Source: Octopus bimaculoides
Lineage: Eukaryota
Reading direction: 5' to 3'
Assembly (NCBI RefSeq): GCF_001194135.2
Contig: NC_069004.1
Location: 12,053,902 to 12,117,901 of the forward strand
DNA length: 64,000 nt
Shown here: positions 50,760 through 64,000 of the stretch, in pieces
Layout: each line of letters starts with the position of its first letter
How positions within the stretch are numbered: the stretch's first letter is position 1
Position numbers and translations under genes: made by a program
The notes under the pieces: generated by a model
The model's database searches: none
Told to the model about the DNA's origin: nothing
What the model saw: the letters and a program-made list of their open reading frames with translations, nothing else

Positions 50760-51011
50760 GCTTTTGAGAGAGCACGTATCCAGCATGAAGAATTTAAGCG
50801 AGCTGCTCGAAAGCGCACGGCTCTTATAGTGAATGGAGAAAGCTTGGTCTGCAATGTTTGCAGTTGTGTATGCTTGTCAAGAGTAGGGCTCATTAGCCAC
50901 CAACGGAGCTGCAAATGCAAAATATAAGTTAGTCCTAGAGCGCACAATGTTCCTGAAGGTCGGCAATGGTATTCCTCGGTCACGAGTGGACGGCCATCAT
51001 CATCATCATCA
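50760..51011 (+). mobile_element. 3' end of a second RTE-clade LINE lineage
   Basis: FERARIQHEEFKRAARK...CNVCSCVCLSRVGLISHQRSC*, a short UTR, then a (CAT)n tail; resembles the RTE C-terminal CxxC...SxxGLxSHxRxC motif. Confidence 0.75.
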
Positions 51012-51332
51012 TATATATATATATATATATATAAATTGTAAATCCAAAAAATAACAACAAAACTACAAAGGATTCCGCGGTACACGTGTTTCAAGCTTTA
51101 TATGTGTATAATATAATATGTGTATAATTTACAATGTAAAGCTATCCTCAGCCGCAAAATTATTTCTCTCCCAGGAAATTATACCACCTCGGCGTTGAAG
51201 TAGGAAGAAAGGTGTGATGTAAGAGGTGAAGATCCTTTCGGTATTCTGTATAGTACTATACCTCGTATAATCCTCCACCCACACATAATCTCTCCGGTCC
51301 TCCGAAAGCCTTCCATACCTTGCCACGATTCA

Positions 51333-51376
<44 letters not shown>

Positions 51377-52268
51377 ATTTGTATACATATTATGTGTCTG
51401 TGTGTATATGTATACTATGTAGCAGTCATTTCAGATGTGGCAGACAACTCTGTTAAGCATCTTTTACCCGTTAAATGTGTAAAGAAATCCATGAAGGAAG
51501 AAATAGAATTGTCGGAACTTGTTAAACCATTTTTCGGTTTCAACTTTTGTTTAAAAGAATCTTTATAAATGTTTTTGTTGCTATTTTTGTTTCTGTTACT
51601 TTTTTTTTCCACAGTAAATGTAAATATTACATTCAAAACTGTAAATAATTACAGAATTTGAGCCAAATGAAGCCATCTGCTTTACCTTTTGTCTTGTATT
51701 TCTGTGAAGATTCAATGTAGATTCTTCTTAATATGTCGACTTGCAAATTGTTAGGAATGGTAGACAAAACCCTGTTGGGTCTTGTTAGTTGCCAAGATTA
51801 GCAATAAACTAATGAAGTGAATGACTTAAGTATTAATATTTTCCCATCAACAAAAATCTAGAGTCAAACCCATGACATATCTTATAAAATTGTTTCTTTT
51901 TATTTTGACAGAAGTTTACATTTATTTTCTCTGTTTTTCTGTCAATGTCACTGAAAAGTCAAATATCATCATCGTTTAGCATCCAGCCTCCATGTTGGCA
52001 TGGGTTGGATGGTTTGACAAGGTGCTGGCTAGCAGGGAGCTGTCTGTTGCGGCATGGTATCTACAGCTGGATGCCCTTCTTAATGCCAACCACTTACAAG
52101 GGTGTACTAGGTACTTTTTACATGTCACCATCTTGGGTGCGTTTACACAGCACCAGCACAGGTGTGTTAATGCAGCACCGGCGCAGGTGCATTAATGAAG
52201 CACCAGCACCTGAAAGGACAAACCTGTATGTGGGAAAGACAACGATTTTACTTTGCTTGATGTGTCTT

Positions 52269-52269
<1 letters not shown>

Positions 52270-52310
<41 letters not shown>

Positions 52311-52712
52311 GTTTAATGTCCGCTTTCCATGCTAGCATGGGTTGGATGATTTGACTTAGGACTGGCAAGCCAGAAGGCTGCACCAGGCTCCAATCTGATC
52401 TAGCAGAGTTTCTACAACAGGATGCCCTTCCTAACGCCAACCACTCCGAGAGTGTAGTGGGTGCTTTTACGTGTCACCAGCACGAGGGCCAGTCACATGG
52501 TACTGGCAACTGCCACTCTCAAGAAGGTGTTTTTTACCTGCCGCCTGCACAGGAGCCAGTCCAGCGGCACTGGCAACGACCTTGCTCGAATGATTTTCTA
52601 AGTACAACAAATTGCCACATCTCCTGGTCCCTTGTTATTTCTTCAGTAAGGCCCAGCAGCCAAAGATCCTTTCTCATCACTTCATCTCACATCTTCCTGG
52701 ATCTGTCCCTTC
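52270..52712 (-). mobile_element. RTE-clade LINE 3' end: ORF2 terminus joined to 3' UTR
   Basis: Minus translation GRDRSRKM*DEVMRKDLWLLGLTEEITRDQEMWQFVVLRK (GRGRPRKTWxExVRxDL...W motif), then UTR and (GAT)n tail. Confidence 0.8.
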
Positions 52713-54358
52713 CAAATAAAGACTCTTCTGGAGAAATTCTTGTTAATTACTCTTTAACTCGCTAACTAGTTTCAGCTCGAGAGCTGCACCATTTTATATT
52801 GAGATCTTGTGCTTGTTGTTTAAGGTCAGTATTCCATGGACATGTGTCCCCTTAGTGTTAGACAGAATCAGTGAGCTGCAGCATGTAATCAGGCTGAACC
52901 TTTGAATTACAAGTGTAGTCAATATAAATGTGCTTCCATATAGTTTTCTTTCACAGCCTTCCTTACATTGATCCAGTTTCAGTTGCAAGGTTTCAGTCAA
53001 CCTGAGGTATTGGTAAAGGACACTTGCCCAAGACACCCTACACTGGAATTGAACCCAGGAGCAAAGTAAAATTGTTAAAAAAATCAGCTATGTTATGTTC
53101 AATAGAAATATTCACCTACATGATAAAAATATGGTTGCTATGATAGAAATTGAAATAATTGTTGTATAAAGTAATAATATATATATGGAGAGAGAGAAAG
53201 AGAAAGAGACAGACTGTGATGTCTGAGAGATTCTCAGAAGTCTGATAATTCCAGTTGTCTAAACTATTGTTTCCACAACTTTGTAGGTCGGTAAACATTT
53301 TCTGCAGAAGGTCAGAGCAATGAATAAAGAATCAATATGCCTTGTTTGAAAATAAAATAACAAAAGAAGAACCATTTCTTTATTGAAAGTATTTCCTTTG
53401 TGTGAGGAATTGAAGGTCAGACAGCTTCAGCAAGAAATTATTGAAATGTTCCAAGAAATATTGAACATGTTGGAACATCAGAACTGGAAGTGCCATTTCC
53501 CTGCTGTTCTAAAACTGTTGGACATCACAGAACTGGAATTGCTTGAGTTTAACCATTCTTCTATTCTTCTTCCCGTTCCAAATCTCGACACCCCCCCAAA
53601 CTCTAACACCACCATACTGGCGAATCAGAATTCAATGAAAAAAACCAATATTTAAATATCTGCAGCCCCCCCCCCGTTTCCACCACCCCCTCCTTCCAAG
53701 GGATGGAGTGCAAGGAAGGCGGAATTTACTTGGAGCTATTGTGGAATAGGAAGAATATTNNNNNNNNNNNNNNNNNNNNNNNNNNNNNNNNNNNNNNNNN
53801 NNNNNNNNNNNNNNNNNNNNNNNNNNNNNNNNNNNNNNNNNNNNNNNNNNNNNNNNNNNNNNNNNNNNNNNNNNNNNNNNNNNNNNNNNNNNNNNNNNNN
53901 NNNNNNNNNNNNNNNNNNNNNNNNNNNNNNNNNNNNNNNNNNNNNNNNNNNNNNNNNNNNNNNNNNNNNNNNNNNNNNNNNNNNNNNNNNNNNNNNNNNN
54001 NNNNNNNNNNNNNNNNNNNNNNNNNNNNNNNNNNNNNNNNNNNNNNNNNNNNNNNNNNNNNNNNNNNNNNNNNNNNNNNNNNNNNNNNNNNNNNNNNNNN
54101 NNNNNNNNNNNNNNNNNNNNNNNNNNNNNNNNNNNNNNNNNNNNNNNATTTAGTCATTTTCTTTTCTTATTCTATTTTATTTTATTTCAATTTTTTTTTT
54201 CTATAAAAATCTTGTCTTGAGTTATTTTACAAATGTTGAAGTTAATAACAGTGACTTTTTTCTTTGTTTTTTTTTTAAATTTTTTTTTTTAATACCAAAT
54301 TCTGAAACTGGAAAAATATTTTCAGTTAAATGTGTTTAAAGTTGATGAATAATGTTTC

Positions 54359-54393
<35 letters not shown>

Positions 54394-56679
54394 GTTATTA
54401 TTTGTTGCTTTTAATGGAGCACAGAACGTTACAAGCTCAGAAGCATGGTGTCTTGTTTTGTAAAACAACACAAGACATGGAGACACAAGCTCACATCTCT
54501 TCTACTCGACCGATTTAACAAACACCAATAACAACACTCTATAACCTCTGGACCACAGAGGTTGCCATGCTGTGTCTCCTCCCTCTATTTTTTCTAGCAC
54601 TACTACTACTGCTACTACAATTGTTTCTCTCATCATCATCGCCATCTGGTCAAGCTTGCTCATATATTCTTAACCTGCACACACCATACATCTCAGTCCT
54701 GCATTAGTTGATGGAGGTCTTCAGGAAGGTAGCCAGTGTCGCTGGGGAGTTGATCTACATACCTTGTTTTTGAACAACCAGCTTGAGCACAGCCATGCTT
54801 TGGCATTCATAGCAGTATGTCACTTCCAGATCTTGCTTAGTTTGCCATCAGTATCCAACAAAAGCACAAACACCTTTCCTTTACAATGTTAGAAACAGGC
54901 CTGAGATTTCCCTACAGCTGTTTCTTGTGGGATGAGTTCTCCGAGATACGTCTATTTAATTGGATTTAATTGCTGGTTCATCATCTTTGTTAATTAATGA
55001 AATCCAAAGTCAAAAAAATGGCCAAGTGAAATATCGAGGCTGGACAGCATGATGAAAGGTGATAGCAAACAGAACTGCGATAAGAGAAATTTATTGCAAC
55101 GTTAGTGAGGAACTTGACGCAGTGTTTTGTAATATGAAACACTTCACACCTTTCGTTCTGTTGGTTTAAGATGTTGGCAAAGCTCCTAGTCTCTGGTACT
55201 TTTCTACGTAGGTATACCAGAAAGAGAGAGAGAAAGAGAGTTCTACTTTGGTTGTAAATACAGCATATCCGATTCCAATATCAAACAAACAAACAAGCAA
55301 ACAAAAACATCTTATTATTTCTTGAGTTACTAAAACTCTTCCATCACCATAATTCTTGTTGCTTGGAGAAAACCATGTTCTGCCACCACCAACAGATATT
55401 CCTACCCCCAGTCACTGTGTTTTCTTTTTTTTTTTCAATTCAAATCAATTGTATTTTAAGCAAATATTTCTTTCTTTTTTTTTTTTCAGGGTAGCTAGAG
55501 ATGATAGCATTTGTTGTTTTTATGAACCCATAGTTGCTAAATGGGTGGGGCATCCTAGATGTAGCTGCGAGGTTAAGAAATCTGTTTTGTAATGACAAGG
55601 TTGCAGGTTCAATCCCACCCTGTAAACATCTTCAACTGAACTGTTTTCTCAGGGACAATTAACGTCTTAAAAGTGAAATTTGGCAGATGGAACCTGTGCT
55701 GAAGCATATTATGCATGTGTGCATCTATTTGTCATGTACACACACACATATATTAGAGGTGTGGTTAAAGAGAGAGAGAGAGAGAGATTAGGCTGCTATT
55801 TCTAGCTGGTCAAATGATCCTACTTAATCCATAGTAGTTATAAAATCTTAAGACACTCCTGCCATATTTGCTGAAATTAAGTTAATGTTGTCTTTTCCTC
55901 ACCACATAAGTATGACTAATTAGATTTATGATACTCATTAACAAAATATTCTCACACTGATTTAATTATTGTTTTCCAGGTGGATAACATCTCTGAGTAA
56001 TTAAAGCACATTGATTTTTTTTTGTTGTTTTTTTCTAAATTCCATCTCGTGAATGGATTCCTTACAACTGAGATGTTGGAATTAATGAAGGCTTCTAATT
56101 AAGTAAATGGATTTGGTAGGATTTCTTTCGTGTCTCTTATAATTAGTTTGATAGATTTTGTACCAAAGTGCAGCACTAACGAAGTAATTCTGGCATGTCG
56201 AAGAAACTCGAACTGACCCTAATGGTGTTTTGGGAGAAAAATCTTTGTTTACATCAAAATAGTCCTCGTCAACAAACAGATAGTAATTTGATGTTAGGGT
56301 GTGGGGCTGCTGCACAACAATTACGTTTCTGTTAATTGACTTTGGCTTAAGTTATTTATTTATAATGTTTAGTTATGTACTAAACCTTGTTATTCTCATT
56401 AAATTAACCACAACTCTTCTAACTCTACTATCTGTTTCTTGGGCTGAAATCGAGAAAGAGGTGGAAGAGGATTTTGTTTTTAGGCTTACCTAACGCTGCT
56501 TGTATATATTATGTTAGCTAAGGAAATTGTATAGGAAATTTGTACTTTGTAGATAAATTACGTAAAAATGTGGCAAATATAAATTACAGCCTCAGCAACT
56601 GTCTCTCACCAGAGATTAGTTGTATAGATTAGAGATTCTGAACCAGGTTTGTAATATGTTTAATGATTTATCATTTTAA

Positions 56680-57010
56680 GGCAAGTCATTTGAGCGTGAT
56701 CGTTACCAACATCACCTCCTGGCACTTGTGCCAGTGGCACATGAAAAGACATTCGAGTGAGTTCATTGCCAGTACCGCTGGACTGGCTCCCGTGCAGGTG
56801 GTACGTAAAATACACCATTTCGAGCATGGCCGTTGCCAGTACCTCCTGCCTGGCCTTCGTGCCAGTGGCACGTAAAAGCACCCACTACACTCTCGGAGTG
56901 GTTGGCGTTAGGAAGGGCATCCAGCTGTAGAAACTCTGCCAAATCAGATTCGAGCCTGGTGTAGCCATCTGGTTCACCAGTCCTCTCAGTCAAATTGTCC
57001 AAACCATGCT
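56680..57010 (+). mobile_element. RTE-type 3' UTR copy lacking its (GAT)n tail
   Basis: Matches the other copies up to aaccatgct, then is replaced by a palindrome. Confidence 0.85.
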
Positions 57011-57012
57011 GA

Positions 57013-57048
57013 TGCTGTAAGGGCAGAAGGCCTTCTGCCCTTACAGCA
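57013..57048. repeat. Perfect 36-bp loopless palindrome
   Basis: tgctgtaagggcagaagg|ccttctgcccttacagca. Confidence 0.95.
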
Positions 57049-58104
57049 GCAGGTCAAATTTATGTGACCAGCATAGAGGGTAGCAAAATTAATTGAAACA
57101 ACAAGCCTAACATCACAATATTGTCATTCTGTTGTATCAGTGACCATCAAGTGATATGGATTGGTGCAGTTGGCAGACTTGTAGACGTTTGTAGTGTTTA
57201 GTTAAATTTCTTTGTTCTGAGTTCAAATACAAGGATTTACTTTGTCCTTCTTGCAGCCACTGGAGTAAATACCAGTTAAATACTAGGGAGTTGATATAAA
57301 CCAACTTCATCCCTCTGCCCCTAAAATCTGTCTGTATGTCATGTTAGACACCAATGCCCTCTACCACTAAAACCTCTCTCTGTTTTTATGCTAGACATCA
57401 ACTTTATGTATATTATGGACATAATATTTACTGAGTTTGTCTTCTGTGGCACTGTGATGGACTATTATTCAATTGACCCATCATTGGTGCTGCCATAATT
57501 TTGGTAATAAATCTTTCATTCAATAAAATTCTATAAGTAAATATTTTCTACTGCAAGAGAAATAATATTAATAAAAAAAGGAAAACAGTTCTGTTTTGTA
57601 TTTGTACTTGATGTATTAATAATCTATTTGACCTCTTAACAAAATATTTACTTGATAAAATATCGAATGATTTAGCTGAGTAAATACCATCTTTTTTTTT
57701 CTCTCTTTTTTCATCTCCTTCTCTTCCTTGTTGTAATGTTTACATCTGTGATATAACTGTTTTTTTCTTCTAATCAAAATACGCATTAATTAAATTGTGT
57801 TTTTACCTAGATATTGATTGATTGATTGATTGATTTTTTTTTCATATAGTTTTCTAATTACATATTAATTAGATTAAATGTACATTAATTAGATGTTTAT
57901 GGCAAAACAAAATCTAGGTTATAAAATTTTTCGAGTTGAACCATTAAAAACCATAACTTGTTAAATATTGGAATGTGATAAGAATGGTTTCTGAGGGGGA
58001 TGGAACCAGCAAGAGGCCGTTAGATTACTGGCATTGTGAAAACTATAAACTTAAGAATTTATAATAATCACATGCACACACACATATATATATATAGACA
58101 CGTA

Positions 58105-58485
58105 TAAGGTGTGGCTGTGTGATAAGAAGCTTACTTCCAAACCTCAGGGTCCTGGGTTCAGTCCCACTGCTTGGCACTTTGAGCAAGTGTCTTCTACTAT
58201 AACCTTGGGTCGACCAAAGCCTTGTGAGTGGATTTGGTAGACAGAAACTGAAAGAAGCCCATCATATATCTGTATGTGTGTGTGTGCGTGTGTGTGTCCA
58301 ACCATTGCCCGATAACCATTGGTGGTGTGTTTACATCTCCGTAACTTAGTAGTTCGGCAAAAGAGATCAATAGAATAAGTACCATTACTTGAAAAGAAAA
58401 AACCTGTATTGGGGTCTATTCATTCTTCAAGATGGTGCCCTAGCATGGTCACAATCTAATGACCAAAACAGGTAAAAGATAAGAT
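58105..58485 (+). mobile_element. SINE family A
   Basis: Head to tail match. Confidence 0.85.
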
Positions 58486-58487
58486 AC

Positions 58488-58526
<39 letters not shown>

Positions 58527-59283
58527 AGACATAGGTGCAAAACAAAGTGTGAAAAAATAGTACTCGAATACCAAAGGTGGAGTAATAGTCTGTTGTTAGA
58601 GCTGCAAAAATATCGCAAAACTGTGACTCAGAGTTTCATGTTCCCGTTTGTCTGACAGTTGTGATGCAAACTCATCACAACTGTCCAATGAATGGGAATG
58701 TGATACTCTGAGTAATTGATTTCAATTTTTGGCATAAGGCCAGCAAGTTTTGGGGAGGGATTAGTTGTTTCTATATTTGGATGTCCTTCCTAATGCCAAC
58801 CACTTTACAGAGTGTGCTGGCTGCTTTTTGTGTGGAACTGGCACAGATGCCATTCTGTGTAAATATCATCATCAATGAATAAATTGCATATATTCCAAAG
58901 GGATGAATGTCTTTGGTGGAATGGTAAAACGGTTAACTGAAATATTTACAAAAGGGATGATAATAATTATGGTTTTGGAACGATTCCATTTCATTTGCAT
59001 TCTTCAGGAAAGGAAAAAAATGTATTTTATGTTTCTCTAAATTTAATTTTACTGACTTTATTTCTTTAGAAATTTTTCAGAAAAAAAAAAAAAAAGATTT
59101 TTTAAAAATTATCTTTTAGTTTAATTCCTGTTTGATGAAATCAGATGGTTTTTGATTCTTCCCACAAAACACTTCATATTTATTTTCAATTCTTCTCTGG
59201 TTAATTAGTGCTACTTTGTTAAATAGACTTTGAGTATGCACATATATATATATGCATGTGTGTGAGTGTTCATGTGTACATTT

Positions 59284-59331
<48 letters not shown>

Positions 59332-59864
59332 GCACATGCATATACATACACACATATGCATACACACATAAATACACACACACACACACACACACGTGTT
59401 TACACACACATATCTATGCATATCAGACAAAGTGATCTTTCAGTTGCGGACATCAAGTGCTGAGTATTGTTAATAATTATCATTAATGGAAACCAACAGA
59501 AGTGTTTCCGCATAAAAAAAAACAAAAAAGAAACAAAAAGAAAACAGAATATTAAATACAGTTGCCACTTAAGAATGGCTCTGCTTCGTAAAATCCACAC
59601 ATGTGATTCCTCCTTAATTAACTTAGATTACAGTATTTTTTTTATCATACCTATTGAATATTCAATATCTCCCACCATCACTCCTCGATGTTTACATCCA
59701 TTGCACATCAAGACAAACAATGATTGTTCATTTGTTCATTTAGCATCCATTTTTCCGTGCCGGCATGGGTTAGACCAGGAGTTACTTTGAGGCAGATTTT
59801 ACACCTGCTTACTTTTTCCTGTTGTCAACTTTTACCTGTTTTCTAAATGGGGGATATGATAGGT

Positions 59865-60068
59865 TTCAGATTTTGGCACAAGGCCAGCAGGGAGGGGATA
59901 AATCGATTACATTGCCCCTAGTGTTCAGCTGGTACTAATTTTGTTGATTCGAAAAGGATGAAAGGCAAAGTCAACCTTAGTGGGATTTGAACTCAGAATG
60001 TAGAGACAGATGAAATGCTGATAAGCATTTTGCCTGCTGTGGTAATGGTTCTGCCATCTTGCTGCTTA
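59865..60068 (-). mobile_element. SINE family B
   Basis: ggatgaaaggcaaagtcaaccttagtgggatttgaactcagaatg core. Confidence 0.8.
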
Positions 60069-60125
60069 ATAAGGGATATTATTGATCACACACACATATA
60101 TATACACACACATACACATATATAC

Positions 60126-60173
<48 letters not shown>

Positions 60174-60234
60174 GTGTGATCNNNNNNNNNNNNNNNNNNN
60201 NNNNNNNNNNNNNNNNNNNNNNNNNNNNNNNNNN

Positions 60235-60284
<50 letters not shown>

Positions 60285-60377
60285 GTGTGTATGTATGTAT
60301 ATATATATATATATATATATACACCCATTTGTTTTACACACACATCTCTACATATGAGAAGCAGTGTGTGTTTGTGT

Positions 60378-60432
<55 letters not shown>

Positions 60433-60464
60433 TGCATATACATACACACACACACACACACACG

Positions 60465-60625
60465 TGCAGGCATGGCTGTGTGGTAAGAAGTTTGCCTCCC
60501 AACCAACATGGTTTGGGTCACAGTCTTACTGCATGGCACCTTGGGCAAGTGTCTTCTACTATAGCCCTAAGGTGACCAGCACCTTGTGAGTGGATTTGAT
60601 TGATGGAAACTAAAAGAAGCCTCAC
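60465..60625 (+). mobile_element. SINE family A, 5' half
   Basis: Head to ggaaactaaaagaagcc. Confidence 0.8.
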
Positions 60626-61294
60626 ATATGCACTTTCCTTGGACTATTCTTTTCCTTCTCTCCAGACCTTTCTTATTTCCAATGAAAAGCCATGCTTGAA
60701 CTGTCACACCCCTTCTTTTTCCCATCTTGAAATGACCATCACTCTAATACATACACTATGAACATCCTTTCGACTTGTGTTGTTTTTGTTTTTGATTTAT
60801 GTGTGTGTGTGTGGGGGGGGGTTACTGTCTCTTTGCCTTGGCTTTGTATGACAGTCATAAAACAAATGCCACTGTCATGGAAGCAGTATCCTTCATTAAT
60901 TTTCTCTGAAATATTGCCTTTCTTGGAAACGGGTGAGAGTGAGCGACAAGAGGGCCGACCATCTAGCTGTAGAAAATCTGCCTCATTGACTTCTGCCTAA
61001 CCCATGCAAGCATAGAAAAGTGGACAGTAAAACAATGATAATGATGATATGCATACACACACACACATAATGGGCTTCCACACAGTTTCCATCTACCAAA
61101 TTCACTCTCAAGGCATTGGCTGGCTGGGAGTTATAGTAGAAGATACTTGCCGAAGGTGTCCCACAGTGGAACCTAAAACCAGATGACTATGAAACTGTAA
61201 ACTTCACAGGAATACCTCTCTATCTTTTATAATTTGTACACCTGACAGGACTAACTGTTATTAACAATGTACTGTAGTTTGAAAGCGTGAAAGT

Positions 61295-61565
61295 GCATGG
61301 CTTAGTGGTTAGGATCACGAGTTCAATTCCTGGTGACATGTTATGTCTTTGAGCAAGACACTTTTATTTCACATTGTTCCAGTCCAACTGGCAAAAATGA
61401 GTAGTACTTGTAATCAAAGAGCCAGCCTTGTCATACTCTGTGTCAAGCTGAATTTCCTTCAGAACTGTCTGTGGAGTGCTCAGCCACATGCACATTAATT
61501 TCATGAGCTGGCTATTCCATGATCATATCAACTGGAACCCTTTTGGCGTAACCAACAGATTGCCA
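61295..61565 (+). mobile_element. SINE family E-like, diverged
   Basis: tRNA-like head, then ccagccttgtcatactctgtgtcaagctgaat...aatttcatgag...caactggaacc. Confidence 0.7.
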
Positions 61566-62061
61566 GTTTCATAGTTTGAAAGCAGCAACATAAAACCTTC
61601 ATTGCTTCAATTAATACCTCTGTTTTAAAACCAGGTTTTTGCAGAGGATGAAATCTCCTAAATTATTATTCAGTCTCTCAATTGCAGAGTGGATGAGACA
61701 TTGGATATGAATTTATAATTTTATGAAAGTGCTTATTGGCAAAGAGACTTGACTGATAATTTCCTGGAGAAAATTAAAGGGGTTTTTTTTTTGTTGTTTT
61801 TTTTTTGTAGTGGAAAACGGTTTTCCTTGTCCTTTTTTGTTTCCCCCTTTTTTTTTTAATGTTTTTGGGGAGATAATGTTGAATTCACAAAATTTCTATT
61901 AGAAAAGTTTAATTTAATTTTTTTTTTGTGAAANNNNNNNNNNNNNNNNNNNNNNNNNNNNNNNNNNNNNNNNNNNNNNNNNNNNNNNNNNNNNNNNNNN
62001 NNNNNNNNNNNNNNNNNNNNNNNNNNNNNNNNNNNNNNNNNNNNNNNNNNNNNNNNNNNNN

Positions 62062-62096
<35 letters not shown>

Positions 62097-62100
62097 GTGC

Positions 62101-62138
<38 letters not shown>

Positions 62139-63379
62139 GTATATGTGTGTGTATATATACATATATGTATATGTGTGTGTGTATATATATATATCAGTAT
62201 TTATGCAAAGAATACAGAAGCTATCTCTTCAACCATTTACAAAAGAATACAAAAAACATAATAAACCCCATAGAATTTACAAAAAATAATTTTCAACCAT
62301 TTGGGGGGGGGGCGATATAATCTTTAATTATTTTTATCTCTTTGTTTTTTAAATTGTCTTCTTTGAAACGTTCTACTCTGGTCCTGGAATTGCTACTGCT
62401 GGTTATGGAACCAATAAACTCTCTTATTGTCTCTATAACAAGAGAAAGACAGACCACTTTTGTGACGTATATAAAGAAAATAACAGAAAAACTGAATGGA
62501 AAATCTTCGGTTTTTTTTACATTGCAAACTGCAGCAAGCAAGTGAAACAATGCCAAGGTGACATTTTGGTAAAGTGTAGTGCTAATAGCTAGCAGGAATA
62601 ATTTTCAATCGAAAGAAAATTCTTGACTAGAGTAGAAATTTTTTTGAACAGCACTTCCAATAACATTAAGAATCCACTCGCAATCTGGATTAGCTTATTG
62701 TATTAGATTACAGAACATACTGGATTAGCAGCTGTTCAATTGGATTACACAACATGTTGATACTAAATCATTGTTTTTTTTTGCTTTTGTTTCTTTTTAT
62801 TAATATTTTGGTTGTGGCCAAAATAATGAGATGCATCGATGTACTTCTCTTATTACCAATCTTACTTTAGGTTTTTGCCTTTTTTCTCTCTTTCTCTCTC
62901 TCTCTCTTTTTTCTCTTTTATCTCTCCCCACTTGCCAGGTTATCCACATGGCAATAAATTTGTCAAAAATTTGCGATGTTTTACTAAAACTTGTTTTAGA
63001 ATTATAGATTTGAAATTCAATGTAATCACACATATACATACACATGTACACATACACATAAACACACACACATAGATACATGCATACACATAAATTTGCA
63101 TATACACACATATATGTGCTCCAGCATAGCCACAGTCTTAGGGCTGAACTGTATAAAAGAATACACACACACTTATATCCACTCACACACGCACACACAC
63201 ACACACATATACATATACCCACATGAACATATATATACATGCACTGCATGTATTCATATCCGCATGCACATATTCATGGCCATATATACACATATACACA
63301 CACATTCACATGTGCACATACATATCTACATACATACCCATATATTCATATTACGCCTACATCGCGGTCATCCATACAC

Positions 63380-63590
63380 ACAGCCTCATCCTTTACAGGT
63401 GCTGGTGCCACGTGAAATGCACTGGTGTTGGTACTGCATTAGTGCACTCGTACCGGTGGCGTTAGGAAGAGCATCCAGTCTTAGAAACCATGCTACAACT
63501 GACAATTGCAGTCTGGCCAGCTCCTGTCAAACCATCCAACCCATGACAGCATGGAAAACAGATATTAAACAATGATGATAATGATGATGC
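63380..63590 (+). mobile_element. RTE-type 3' UTR fragment
   Basis: ggcgttaggaagagcatccag...ccaacccatgacagcatggaaaacagatattaaacaatgatgat. Confidence 0.7.
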
Positions 63591-63967
63591 ACATGTGCAG
63601 TCCCAAATGTGCACCAGAATCTGCACATACCCATATATACATACATGTACATTTCCATATGTGTGTGTGTGTGTGTGTGTCTGTGTGTCTCAATATTATT
63701 CACATGTTATGTTTCTGCTGGTTACGTTCTATAGATCCACCCAGCCACTGCCACCGGGCTATCACAGGATATGTTGTTCGTCTAATCCCATTCCATCCAC
63801 CCTCTTAACTTTTTATCTCTGTCTTGTAAGAAGGAAATAGTGTATGGCAATCTTTCCATCTCCTGGCCCCTACTGTCATCTGATCCCTATCACAGACCCC
63901 ACCCTCTGTACATCTATTCCCTACTACACACACACACACACACATATATGCATACATACATGCATAC

Positions 63968-64000
<33 letters not shown>

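Noticed and set aside
51440-51570. Protein-like frames on both strands (DVADNSVKHLLP..., ETEKWFNKFRQFYFFLHG...)
   Set aside because: AT-rich chance peptides are common here and the acceptors are weak.
53383-53655. 90-aa helical-looking ORF
   Set aside because: No recognised domain, no ATG start or clean splice sites, and it contains an internal short duplication.
54770-54885. Minus-strand segment ending in aag|gtatgt
   Set aside because: All three frames contain stops between the plausible acceptor and the donor.
56082-56315. 77-aa minus ORF and an overlapping 46-aa plus ORF in CpG-retaining unique sequence
   Set aside because: Conflicting strands, no recognisable family and weak splice signals.
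62293-62592. Three overlapping open frames on both strands
   Set aside because: None recognisable; no consistent start, acceptor and donor set.

Overview
AT-rich, repeat-dense eukaryotic DNA with 13 N-gaps, probably intronic or intergenic. The tRNA-headed SINEs, RTE/RLE LINE remnants and (TG/TA)n density look like a coleoid cephalopod (octopus) draft assembly; this is my inference, not a database match. No protein-coding gene is confidently supported: the long ORFs are microsatellite or N-gap artefacts, and the recognisable peptides are transposon relics (mariner-type transposase C-termini, RLE-type LINE zinc knuckle/endonuclease, RTE and CR1/L2-like ORF2 ends). SINE family letters A/B/D/E/G/H are my own labels, and most dispersed-repeat boundaries are approximate (about 10-20 bp). 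Best finding: a ~302-bp insertion at 4489-4790 with a 14-bp target-site duplication, a 46-bp inverted repeat and a minimal type I hammerhead ribozyme (4535-4579), i.e. a candidate Penelope-like/retrozyme element, nested in a triplicated mariner fragment. Also seen: two Helitrons with canonical ends, LINE tails stacked in (TAA)n, TTAA MITEs, several fold-back hairpins, a candidate recursive-splicing site and weak exon candidates.
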